DNA of 56,157 nt, filler included, from Dugesia japonica (lineage: Eukaryota): NCBI GenBank assembly GCA_001938525.1. It is 5 parts of 5 records of this genome, joined end to end, with 100 filler letters (N's around TTAATTAATTAA, not from the genome) between each part and the next. Parts side by side here need not be neighbours in the genome. Positions count along the whole stretch, not along the records: positions 1 to 12,409 come from MQRL01583042.1; 4 more parts are not named here. One strand, written 5' to 3'. Numbering within the stretch: position 1 is the first letter of the stretch; each line of letters opens with the position of its first letter. A program made the translations under genes and the position numbers. Shown here one piece after another: positions 1 through 10,750 of the stretch. The notes beneath the pieces are model-generated. The model was not told the DNA's origin, ran no database searches, and worked only from the letters and a program-made list of their open reading frames with translations.

Positions 1-19
1 TTTTTTTAAAATAAAGTCA

Positions 20-52
20 ATTCCTGACGAAGACAAGGTCGAAACATCGAAT
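20..52 (+). ncRNA. Minimal type I hammerhead ribozyme motif (Penelope-like element type)
   Basis: ATTC(20-23, stem I)-CTGACGA(24-30, core)-A-GAC/AAG/GTC(32-40, stem II)-GAAA(41-44)-CATC-GAAT(49-52, pairs with ATTC). The loopless stem III has one mismatch. Homologues occur at 52337-52365 and 54001-54032(-). Confidence 0.65.
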
Positions 53-180
53 CGTTATCCAATATCAATAAATAAAACCAAAACTTTGATCTAAGCTTTT
101 ATATTAAATGAATTCTATAAAACGATCAATGGTTATGTCCAACAATTATTCTCGCAATAATTGCAATTGTAAAACAATAA
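20..180 (+). mobile_element. Hammerhead-bearing dispersed repeat (PLE pseudo-LTR / retrozyme-like), copy 1
   Basis: The tail ttgatc-aagcttt...atcaatggttatgtccaacaattattctcgcaataattgcaattgtaaaa recurs at 26263-26355, 36920-37015, 49166-49245(-) and 53880-54035(-). Confidence 0.6.
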
Positions 181-3129
181 TTTAAGGTATAAGAAAATTT
201 TCTGTAACTCTATATAATTTTAATAACTCAAACTCTTGCAACTGTTTATTTCGGTTAATAAAACTCAATAAACGATCTCAATAATAAAACAAACTTTAAT
301 GCAAGCAACTGAAAATAAAAAGCGGAAAATTCATCAACAGTTGAANAAAATGCTTAAACAGAATCAAACTTTTCCTTTTGTCAAAAAAATAACTGGAAGG
401 CAGGAAAATTGAGCCAGAACAAGGTATCTTTGAAATATTTCTAAGAAAATTCCCCAAAATAAGACTTTACTGGATTTCCCATTGCTCGCACGTGCCCAAG
501 TTGTGTTAGATACAGTCTCAAAAATAGATACTACTTCAAATGTCAGACAGAAATTATAGTTAAATATGCTCATTTGGATTCACTTCGGTAGTGAAGCTCA
601 ATGTCAATGATTAATTTAGGTAAGCGATGAATTATCAAATATGGTGATTTCTTTATGATGATCAAAATTGAAATGAAGTGAATAATGGTAATTTATTCAA
701 CAAATCTGTATTAAATTCTTGAACAATAGTTTATTATTAAATTTTAGTGGGTAGGAACAATATTTTTCTTACATTTGGAAGCCCAATTTTTCTGATGAAA
801 CAATTATATTTGTAGTATATTTGCAAGCTTGGTGTGAAGTAATCAATGTGTAATGGGTATAAATAATAACTTTTTTGTTTTGCAATACCAATTTTACTTA
901 CTAAGTCATACTATATAGCAAGTATCTACTGGTTATCTAAAATAAAAGTTGCATTATTCATTATAAATGTGAGACGGTTTTCATTTATGGAAGGAAGTTA
1001 TTCTTAGACGCGAGACACCCAAATCAATAAGACCTGCCATTATAAATGTGCTTGAAATAAAAAATTATAACCATATATGGAAATTTCTCTTGATGGAATC
1101 AATTGACTTTCGGAGGATGTTTATACAAAATTATACAAGATTTGGTTCTATTGACTACAGTGAGTTATATAATCAAGGAATTGAGAAAATGAATTTATCA
1201 AATGGAAAGGAATGTTAAATATCTCCAGAATGCCACTTCAGAGTTGGAACTACAGATAACGAAACTGAAGCCAGTTTGAAAGAAAATTGAGAGAAAATTG
1301 TGGACTCCGCAAACTGTGCTCCAATTACACTTTTATATCAAGCATGTCATGGCAAAACTCCGCTACAACCAATGCCTAGGTACCCTACTGAAGTTAAAGA
1401 TTTCGAACCAAAAAACCAGTATTAAGCAAATGATGACTACCCAGCGAGAAGCTGATTTTCTTTTTTTAAAGCGAAGTTGTACAGTGGAGGATAACAGAAA
1501 TTTATCAATAAATGAATCACGCAAATGAGAAACAGACTTTATTCATCACCAGCATTAAAGTTAAAATTTATTAAATTAAAATTTTTATTGTTCTTAGATT
1601 TGTTTTCTAAAGTGTTTAAAACAAATTTTGCATCTGTTTGGTGCAATACCATTACAAAATTAAAGATTAGTTTAAATTGGTTTGATAAATTATTTAATGA
1701 AAATTGATAATTTACAATTCTAGAAATGTTTTCCGACCAACCTATTAAATATACCACGCAAGGTAAGCAACTAATCTGAATGAGCACAAAATTTCGACGA
1801 TGAGCAAAGAAGTATATTCAACAATTATTAAAAAAAGAAGGAAAATAAATCAAAAAATATNNNNNNNNNNNNNNNNNNNNNNNNNNNNNNNNNNNNNNNN
1901 NNNNNNNNNNAAATATACCAACCAAAAACGAGAACTCGTTGCGAACTGTTTTCCCAAATAAAGGAATCAAGTTGGAAAGTTTATTCTTGAAAGAGATCTT
2001 AAGATTTTTTCATCATTCTGATGAAACCAATCAAGAGGAAGAAAGTCTTTGAATAAATATATGCTCTTCTTGTAATTATATTTAAATTAAAGAATAAATA
2101 AACAACTAAACGTATTTAAGTTTCTTTTATTGACATAGTTATTTTTTTAAGAAGATATAATGAATTATAAACTGTTTAAATTAACACGAGTATATTCAAG
2201 AAAAATTTAAATGATATGGTCAAGGAATTGAACAAATGGATTGGTTAACTAGAAGGAAATGATGGTATATGGTGAAAGTGAAATGAAAATTAGGACGACA
2301 CGAAGCACTCATCGAGTTTACCACACCAAGCCACAATACGAATAGCTAGCTCTTTAAATTGGTCCCTAAGTAAAAGAAAAGTTCATGTACTCTGTAAGAA
2401 ATTCAGAATCATCGAAAGAATTTCTTTTCTTTCTGAATTTTTAAATGTTTGTGGTTTTCATGCGAATTGAGAAGATTAAATAAGAAAACAAGTTATACGT
2501 AATGAAATTCTATTAGTTATTTGCTTTCTTTGCTTTTAATCCATTTTTTATAGATTCCTAATTTTTCTATTTTCCTTTTTATCTAATAGAGGCTGTCATT
2601 TATTTGGATTTTTTAAAAATTCATTGTTGATCAATATTTTAAGCTCTAAATTAGTTTTTACTAGTTATTTCTTTATTTTAATTTCTTTCCATATATGTTT
2701 CCTTTCAATTCCTCTCTTGAACTATTTTTTACTTGACCTTTGATTTAAATTTGATTTAGTTTCTTACTTACTTTTACGTTATTTATGTAATTTCCTTTGT
2801 GCTTCTTATATTTTTTCTTTTGACATGTACTTTTGACATATTTATTAATTTGGCACTTGCTTATTATTTATAAAATCAATAATCAGTTAGTATTTTTAAT
2901 TAAATATAACAATTGTATTGTAATTATAGTAATTTTAAAAACTAAAAATTAAAGTAAAAAATATTTTTTTAACAGTTTAATTTACAATAAAAATCAATTT
3001 TAAAACAATATCTTTAATGAATTCATAAAATAACATTAAACTTGTTTAAATTTATTACAATACTAATTTTATTTACATAATTGTTGTAAATAATAATTTT
3101 TAAAATTTTTTAAATTTGTGTTTTAAAGT

Positions 3130-6100
3130 ATGGATAATACTACTGGAAAGCAATATTATGATTATAACTATTATACACAATTGGTATATAGAATATATTT
3201 CTGCTGTATTTTAATACGTTGGTTATTTTAGGGATATTATCCACCAAAACCTACTGATCCTAAACCGAGTGAAACTAATAAGGATCCTAGATTGAGTACG
3301 CAAGAAACTAACCAAAGTAATAATAATGTAAATGCTTCGAATAGTTTGCCAGCAAGTACAACACAGTCAACTACTCAATCCAATGCTTATAGTACATTAA
3401 CAGCTCCCAGTACTCAACAATATTATAATTATTATACTAGTTATCCGGGATATTATGAATATTATCAATATTACAATTACTATAATACAACGGGTGCTTA
3501 CGCTCCTGCACCCCCTAATCCTCCGAGTGCATCAGTTCAGCCACCATTACCAGATTCTACACAATCTACTACTGACTCATCAACATTACCAACCAATGAA
3601 GAAACTGAAGCAGTACCTAATGTAACTCCTAGTGAGACAGTTAACAGTTCAAATGAATGTACCAATGAAAATACAAATGTCGAAGGTGCGATTAATAAAC
3701 CTCTAAATCAAACATATTCGCAGTTATATTATCCTCCACCTATTAATTATAGCGTTCCACCTCCATTCTATGGAAACCAAAATTATTGGAATTATCAAAA
3801 TCAATATAATAAAGAACAAACGCAACGTATTTAAAGTTTATTGAAAATTGAAAGTTAATATCTCATATGTAGAATCTTCTCAAGCCGCACCAGCCACTAA
3901 TACTCAGAACGCAGTGAAATCCAAAACGACTACTAGGCCTTCGAGATTTCAGACTCAACAAACAAAGGTGGATAAAACTATTGTTAAACCCGCCCCACTT
4001 ATTACCAAAGATGAACAACCTGAACCTACGAAAACCCCAGTTTGGCCTGATGCATTAAAGTAGTTGTGTTTTTATTAGATAAAATTATTTAGTAACTAAG
4101 TTCCATAAATTTCAGGTTAATAAATATAAATGGAAAATAAACATCTAATTAATTATTAATATTAATTTACTGATTATATATATATATATATATACATATA
4201 TTCATAATATTCTGATTTTTAAAATTTTATTAATATATTTATTTAAAAAAAACGAATTTTTAGTGTTATAATATTCTACTATCATAAATGTTCTCAGGTT
4301 ATTTTTTTATTTTCATTATTTAGATAATCAGAAACTCAATATTTTATTGTTTAGTTCAATTGCTTATAAACCAATAGTTGTCAAACTTTTTATGATTTCT
4401 TGCGTGGCGGTTATACAGAAAATTTTTAATGGCCCGCGGACCCCTTTAAAATTTACAATTTAAATTAATCATATTTACCGTTGGAAATCACCTATTTTCG
4501 TTACGTATTTTGAGCTAACTCCAGTCAAATATTCGTTATAAACTATATCAGAGCGTTGCACTTCGTAGTAATTTCTGTAAAATACATTTTATGCAAACAT
4601 AAATACCATACGATAAATGAGCGAATGCTAAGCTTCGTGAGATATCTCGGGATTGCCGATTTATCAAGGGTCTGCAAAGCCGTTCGGAATATATTTCGGG
4701 AAAGTAATCCCCTCATTGCCCCGAAAAACCGTCTCGAGTCCCCTTATAGAACCGCGGACCCCAGTTTGAGAACCACTGTTCTAAACGCTATTTATAATGT
4801 AATTAACATATCTGCAGTTCAGAAATTTTAAAATATTAATTTGGCAGCATAATTGAAGATTTTGTATTAAATAACACAGGATAATAACTCAGTTAACCAA
4901 TCATATACAGCTTGTATAATACGAAGAAATTATTACATTTTTATAAAATTTTATAATTAAAATACCAATAATTTTGTAGATTTTGAACTTATAATTAATC
5001 TTGATAGTTCTATTTTTTAACTATGTAACATCCTTGAATTAATGAAGTATATTTTCAGTAATAAGGAAAATGTTGTTTTTTTGGAGGTCAATAAAGATTA
5101 ATTTTGTAAAATGAAAATAACAATTTATAATAAAAAAAAACGAAATTATATTAAAGTATTTCTCTAGACATAAATTAAAATAAACTTGTTTATCAACAAC
5201 CCGATGTAACTAGGGCATGGTTCGATTAATGGGTTTCTTTATATAAAAAATTAAAAAATAAACATTTACAATTGAATAAAGTTGAAATAGTTAATTTTCC
5301 AAGAGACTATATTTAAATTGCATGAATGCACAACACCATATTAGTATCTCAAACATAGACCAAACATATTTTACTAAAAGATTTGAAATCAGTATCCAAT
5401 GAAAATTCTACAGGACCTCCTATTATTACTTCATTTCTTTCAAAATCAAGTACACTTTCTCCAGAATTAGTATTGACAAACATTACTGCTATTGATAAGA
5501 TACAATTTGCTACATTTGCAAACAGTGATGACTTAATAAAAAGGAGAGACATTAATTAAATAAGCCATCCAGCTCTAAGAAGTAGTCAAAATCAAGTGGA
5601 AATTATTGTTTGATACTTGTGAATGATTTTCTTTAATATTAGACGAACGGACATCCGAAAATTAATCGTGTAAAAATTTAACAAAACAAATTTAAATGTT
5701 TATATTTTTCAATAAGTGACTAACTTGATATTTATTTTCTCGAATCTTTCCGGAACAAAACATCTAAAACAATAATTTGAATTAATATTTAAATCAAATA
5801 AAAAAAAATCCATAGCTGATGTCGCCAGTCATAAGAGTTTTACAAATAGAATTTTTTGCGAGAATAATAGTCAGATCGCATTTGAGATTTCAATAAAATA
5901 TAAGATTCGATAAAAATTTTCTTTTCGTTCTTTTTATTCGAATTTTCGACTATTTAATATTTCAACAACTAAAAATATTTCAACAAATAAAAAACAAACA
6001 AACAGATGTTTTGAAAATTTTTAGATTTACTGAGAAATTAAACGAAACTAGAACGATTTTTTTTTTCAATATCAGAAATATTAAAAATCTCAGAAAAATA

Positions 6101-8564
6101 ATTGAATTTGATTTTATTTAATCACTTTTATCTTAAAATTGATAATATTAATTTAATATTATTTAAAAATGTAAAACAACCAAAATTAATCGGTGAAAAA
6201 CCTCGATTAATCGACCATGACCTAGATTAAACTAATTAAAACGAATCATAATAGTAAAGTCAATATTCTAGTACCTTCTAAATTCTCCAAAAGATTTGTT
6301 ACAAATTATAGTTATNNNNNNNNNNNNNNNNNNNNNNNNNNNNNNNNNNNNNNNNNNNNNNNATAATCTATATCATTGTTTCTCAACTAGTGGTCCATGA
6401 ATTTCTTTATATTTATTATATAGTTTTACAACCTTTAAATGCATTATTATTCATTTTAAATGGCAAAATGAAAACCGAACACTTGCTTACCGAACAAAGT
6501 CGTATGTACTCGTCTCGTGTAATTGCGTGTTTACATTTGACAGCACTGCTTGTCTGTTGTAAGAAATGGATGTTTTGTTATTAAAATTTAGGTAATTAGT
6601 CCGTTAATTGCTAAGAAAATCTGAACTTTCTCAACTTTGTTATGCAACTTCTTATGTGATTCGCTATTCAAGCTTAAAATTTTTATTGAGAAACACCGAT
6701 CTATATTGTGTATAATTTTGGAATTTGGAGAATCTGGTCTACACTATAATTTTTCTTAAGCTAATATGAGATTATTTTATGTCTTATTAGTTAAATATAG
6801 TATTTTGTACTCGGTCGTTTAGATACAATTCGGTCATAAAATAAAAAAAATATTATTTGGATGTAAATTAAAAGCTAAAATAAATTAAATAATTTTATTT
6901 TGTAGAACGCTTTTAACTTTTGACTGAGATCTTCAAATTGATAAATAGTTTAAATGAAAACTTTAATATAAAGATTACTATAATATTTTCATTTCATAAT
7001 TAAATGTTTGTCCTGTGAAATTCATTTTCTGCAATTTTCAACTTACATTTTATTCTAACTTTTAACAGGCCTTTGTAATTTGACATGCTACGTAGATAAC
7101 AAACAAAAATGGCTGTTNNNNNNNNNNNNNNNNNNNNNNNNNNNNNNNNNNNNNNNNNNNNNNNNNNNNNNNNTTTGAATTTGTAACGAATTCGGTTACT
7201 TTTCAACACTAATTATTGTTTGCATGATATTTATAATAGCTTAAATAGAATGATAAAATATTGTGTTTTTGGTCATTTATGTATAATTTAACCCCTTACT
7301 GCATAATTTACCATATATGGCACAAACATATTATTTGTAAAATAGACAGGAAAAGGCATATACATCATAAATATATTTTTTGGCCATTCATGCAAGAAAT
7401 TTAGTTTGTTTTTAGGTTTAATTGATTTTTGTGAATAATATAGTATTTGTGCCACATATGACCCACCATGCGGTAAGGGGCTAATCACAAACTCGGTAGT
7501 ATATACGTATTAAAGGTTCAAACAAAAAAATTCAATTCTTATATTTGAAGTTTGTTATATAGATATCTACAGCTGTGACTAAAATTATTTATTCCTTTAG
7601 TAAACAAGTGAATGAAACATTTTATTACAATACACTTCACTAAGGGTTACAATTGGAGCTTGTTTAACTGTTTCGTATTCAGTATTGATTAGCACTTTGA
7701 ATTCATTTCGTGTACATAATACATTTTGTTTTGTCTGATTTTGAAAGAAAATCGTCATTTTAGTAAAGGAACAAATACTTTTAACCACAGCTGTTTATAA
7801 TATTTTGGAAATGTTAAACAAAATAATAATTTTCATTTCAGATTTTTGTAGAAATATTAAATGGCTTTAAAAGTGCGGTCCTTTCAACCTCACCATAAAT
7901 TAAAAAAATGTACGGGTTTAATTGATATCCTTTTTAGAAATTACGTACAGCGTTCATTTAATAGTGTGGATGAAGAAGATAAAGATAAAATGCAGGATTT
8001 ATTAAAGGATAAATTAGAGAATGCCTATAGTAAAGACATGGTGAATAAAATCGATTGGAGCAAAGAACCGCTACCGAAAATACCTCCGCCACCAACAACA
8101 TCGCAGTCTAGTAGTGGAAATAAAAGTCAAAATTCCAAGAAAACATACGGGTAATTGATTGTATTTATTTGTTATAAAATTCATAGTAAGTTAATGGAAA
8201 TAAGGTTGCAAAAAACGAGAGTTTTTTCACCTAATCTAAATCGATCGTCAAATACATCACAAGAAATATCTAGTAAATCAAGTCGGCGAATTTTTATGGG
8301 CGGTCGTAATACATTTAACAGTCACGCATCGTCAAGAAGTTCAAGTCGATCTTCCAGTTCTCGGCGTAAACGATCATCTCGTCGTCGTAGAAACCGCAAA
8401 CGCTCCAGATCTGATTCTGATGATTCTTTGCGAAGTGATCGGCGCTCTTCGTCACACGATTCACACAATGATACTCGTGAAGTTGGAATGTCACACAGAA
8501 AGTACAGGAAATACTCATCGGAGTCAGATCATAAATCAGACCACTTTTCAGATGCTGAAAAAAG
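3130..8564 (+). CDS. LENG8: LENG8/THP3-like (SAC3/GANP family) protein, 5' part; exons 3130-3183, 3232-3826, 3873-4059, 7938-8150, 8187-8564; 3' exons not found in this contig
   Basis: All junctions are GT-AG and phase-consistent (introns of 48, 46, 3878 and 36 nt). The spliced product has a Tyr/Pro/Gln-rich N-terminus, then WPDALKNYVQRSFNSVDEEDKDKMQDLLKDKLENAYSKDMVNKIDWSKEPLP. This matches the LENG8 block WP..MK.YVERCF...EEDKD...LLKE.L......IDWSREPLP. A GGRN.F motif and an Arg/Ser-rich region follow. Confidence 0.85.
4372..4778. mobile_element. hAT (Charlie/Buster-type) MITE in LENG8 intron 3
   Basis: TIRs caatagttgtcaaact / agtttgagaaccactg; 8-bp TSD ttataaac (4364-4371) / ttctaaac (4779-4786). 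Confidence 0.8.
5211..6224 (-). mobile_element. Non-autonomous hAT element with decayed C-terminal dimerization-domain relic
   Basis: TIRs tagggcatggttcgattaat / attaatcgaccatgaccta; flanks gatgtaac / gattaaac (6/8). ORF 5349-5552(-) FANVANCILSIAV...SGESV resembles the hATC dimerization motif. Confidence 0.7.
6374..6698. mobile_element. hAT MITE with perfect 8-bp TSD
   Basis: TIRs cattgtttctcaa / ttgagaaacaccg; TSD atctatat at 6366-6373 and 6699-6706. A second family member lies at about 39002-39358. Confidence 0.85.
7292..7480. mobile_element. piggyBac-type MITE
   Basis: TIRs ccccttactgcat / atgcggtaagggg flanked by TTAA / CTAA; subterminal inverted repeat catatatggcacaaa / tttgtgccacatatg. 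Confidence 0.75.
7570..7793. mobile_element. Tc1/mariner-type MITE
   Basis: TIRs cagctgtgactaaaa / ttttaaccacagctg, with TA on the left flank. Confidence 0.65.
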
Positions 8565-8695
8565 GTTTTGATATTTAATCTAATTTTCATTAATCTTTCA
8601 ACCGTTAAAATTCTATTTTAAACACTAAATAAGCGGTACACATTAATAGTCCGGGAGTAATAGAAACAACCCATTTTATCCAATTTACTGGGGAC

Positions 8696-8982
8696 CAGGG
8701 ATGCCAGATTTCGAATTCTGTGTTGCGGGACAAAATAGGAATATTTACAACTCCCGCTTTTATTTATGTTTTTTAATTGATTTGGAGTGCTATGAGACTT
8801 TACGTAAGCACTTAGGTTTACTACTCCTTACTACTTCTTGTGACTATTATTGTGCTAGTAATCTGATTCTGTTAGAAAAAATTATCAGTTTTATGACAAT
8901 ATTTTTGTTATTTTTTACCTGCGGGATATTTACTTGGTTGTGCGGGATTATTCCGCCCACTGTGGAACATCTGGCATCCTTG
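8696..8982. mobile_element. TIR MITE with 8-bp TSD (hAT/P-like)
   Basis: TIRs cagggatgccagat / atctggcatccttg; TSD ctggggac (8688-8695) / ctggggat (8983-8990). Confidence 0.8.
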
Positions 8983-9279
8983 CTGGGGATTATGTGGTTA
9001 GAACCACTTTTTTTTTAAAAAGAAAGACAATTTATCCATTAAGCTTCATTATTGTCGTATAATTGGTCTATTAAGTTTCGTTGATTAATTGATCCGAAAA
9101 ANATTGCAATAAAAGCATTTCTATTTCATTTTTAAGATTTAAATTTAGTTTTCAGAATCATTCAATTAATAAAAATTTAAAAATGTATTTGGAGCTTAAT
9201 TGGTTAAAATTAGAGTTTCTGAAAGCATGTATTTTCACGGATCGAGCTCGTTATTTTTTCGAGGTTATTGGGAAAAAAT

Positions 9280-9510
9280 AATTTAATTAAAAGTTAATGA
9301 AAAATTAATGAAATTAAAAGTTAATGACAAATTAATTAATTTAAAAGTTAATAAAAAAATTAAAATAAAAATTAATGAAAAAATTAAATTAAAAATTAAT
9401 GAAAAAATTAAATTAAAAATTAATGAAAAAATTTAATTAAAAGTTAATGAAAAATTAATGAAATTAAAAATTAATGAAAAAATTAAATTAAAAGTTAATG
9501 AAAAGTTAAT
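9280..9510. repeat. AT-rich minisatellite, unit of about 23 bp (aaaaattaatgaaaaaattaaatt-like)
   Basis: Visible tandem degenerate copies. Confidence 0.8.
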
Positions 9511-9666
9511 TTCAGATTTCAATAAATTGAAAGCATCAATCAAAATGTTTTTAATTTCTTTTTTGGTAGTTATCCGCATTTTCGACTGTCCAGAAATAGA
9601 CAACAGTCGAAAATTCTGATAACTATCAAAAAAGAAACTAAAATAAGATCGAAGCTTTTTATTTAA
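9511..9666. repeat. Palindrome made of two head-to-head fragments of the hammerhead repeat family
   Basis: tttcttttttggtagttatc..attttcgactgt (9555-9589) is inverted as acagtcgaaaat..gataactatcaaaaaagaaa (9603-9637). The arms continue into the family gatcgaagcttt motif. Confidence 0.7.
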
Positions 9667-10400
9667 GTATTATCGATTTTCATTATAAATACTGGAAAAT
9701 GTAGTGATTCTTAAAAATTTATGAAAAGCTTAACTAACTCTCGAACACTAAGACTTCTATTGGATTATCTTGGAGCTTGGTACTTACACATTTATCATCC
9801 TTTCTAAAATTATTGATATAATCAAGATTTGCATTGCTCATATTCTCTTTTTATAGAATATTTTTATAACACCCAAGTTGGTAGGTAGATAGTAACTCAC
9901 TTCACGTTCCCTGATGATATCATGTGCTATAGAATTTCTTGTTTGAATCGATTACACCACTTTTTAAAAACATTTTCTGACCGATCCCGAAACTCTAGTT
10001 TAAATATTCAAAAAATGTTTATCAATGTAATATTTAAATAGTTTTTATATTTTAACTGATTTACATAATCTTTATTATCAATTTTATAATATTCAACATC
10101 GGGTCCGCATTCGCGGGAATCCTTAAAGGCTGAAAAATGTTAACAAAATGAAATTTAAAATAGAATNNNNNNNNNNNNNNNNNNNNNNNNNNNNNNNNNN
10201 NNNNNNNNNNNNNNNNNNNNNNNNNNNNNNNNNNNNNNNGGAAATTTTCTTCGATCGATAGATAAATTAAATACTTCACTAATCTTATTTAAGCTTGTCA
10301 AAAATTTACAAGTTAAAGGTTAAATATCAGATATTTATTTACAATTATTTTCCGTTTTCTTTAATTCTCATTATTTTAATTTCTATTCCTGCATTTTAAT

Positions 10401-10750
10401 TTGTATTCCTGCAAATCCTCTCATTTTAATTGGTATTCCTGCAAATCCTCTCATTTTAATTCCTTTTCCTGGAAATCCTATAATTTTAATTCCTTTTCCT
10501 GCAAATCCTCTCATTTTAATTTGTATTCCTGCAAATCCTCTCATTTTAATTTGTATTCCTGCAAATCCTCTCATTTTAATTCCTTTTCCTGCAAATCCTC
10601 TCATTTTAATTTGTATTCCTGCAAATCCTCTCATTTTAATTCCTTTTCCTGCAAATCCTCTCATTTTAATTTGTATTCCTGCAAATCCTCTCACTTTAAT
10701 TCCTTTTCCTGGAAATCCTATAATTTTAATTCCTTTTCCTGGAAATCCTA
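10401..10750. repeat. 30-bp tandem minisatellite, about 11.7 copies, two main unit variants
   Basis: Unit (ttgta|tcctt)ttcctgcaaatcctctcattttaat with no spacers. This explains the repetitive ORFs on both strands. Confidence 0.95.

Noticed and set aside
4556-4831. 91-aa ORF in the LENG8 intron
   Set aside because: It lies inside a hAT MITE with TIRs and TSD.
8315-8590. Antisense ORF
   Set aside because: Shadow of LENG8 exon 5.
8701-9018. 105-aa hydrophobic ORF
   Set aside because: It coincides with the 8696-8982 MITE and has no splice or homology support.
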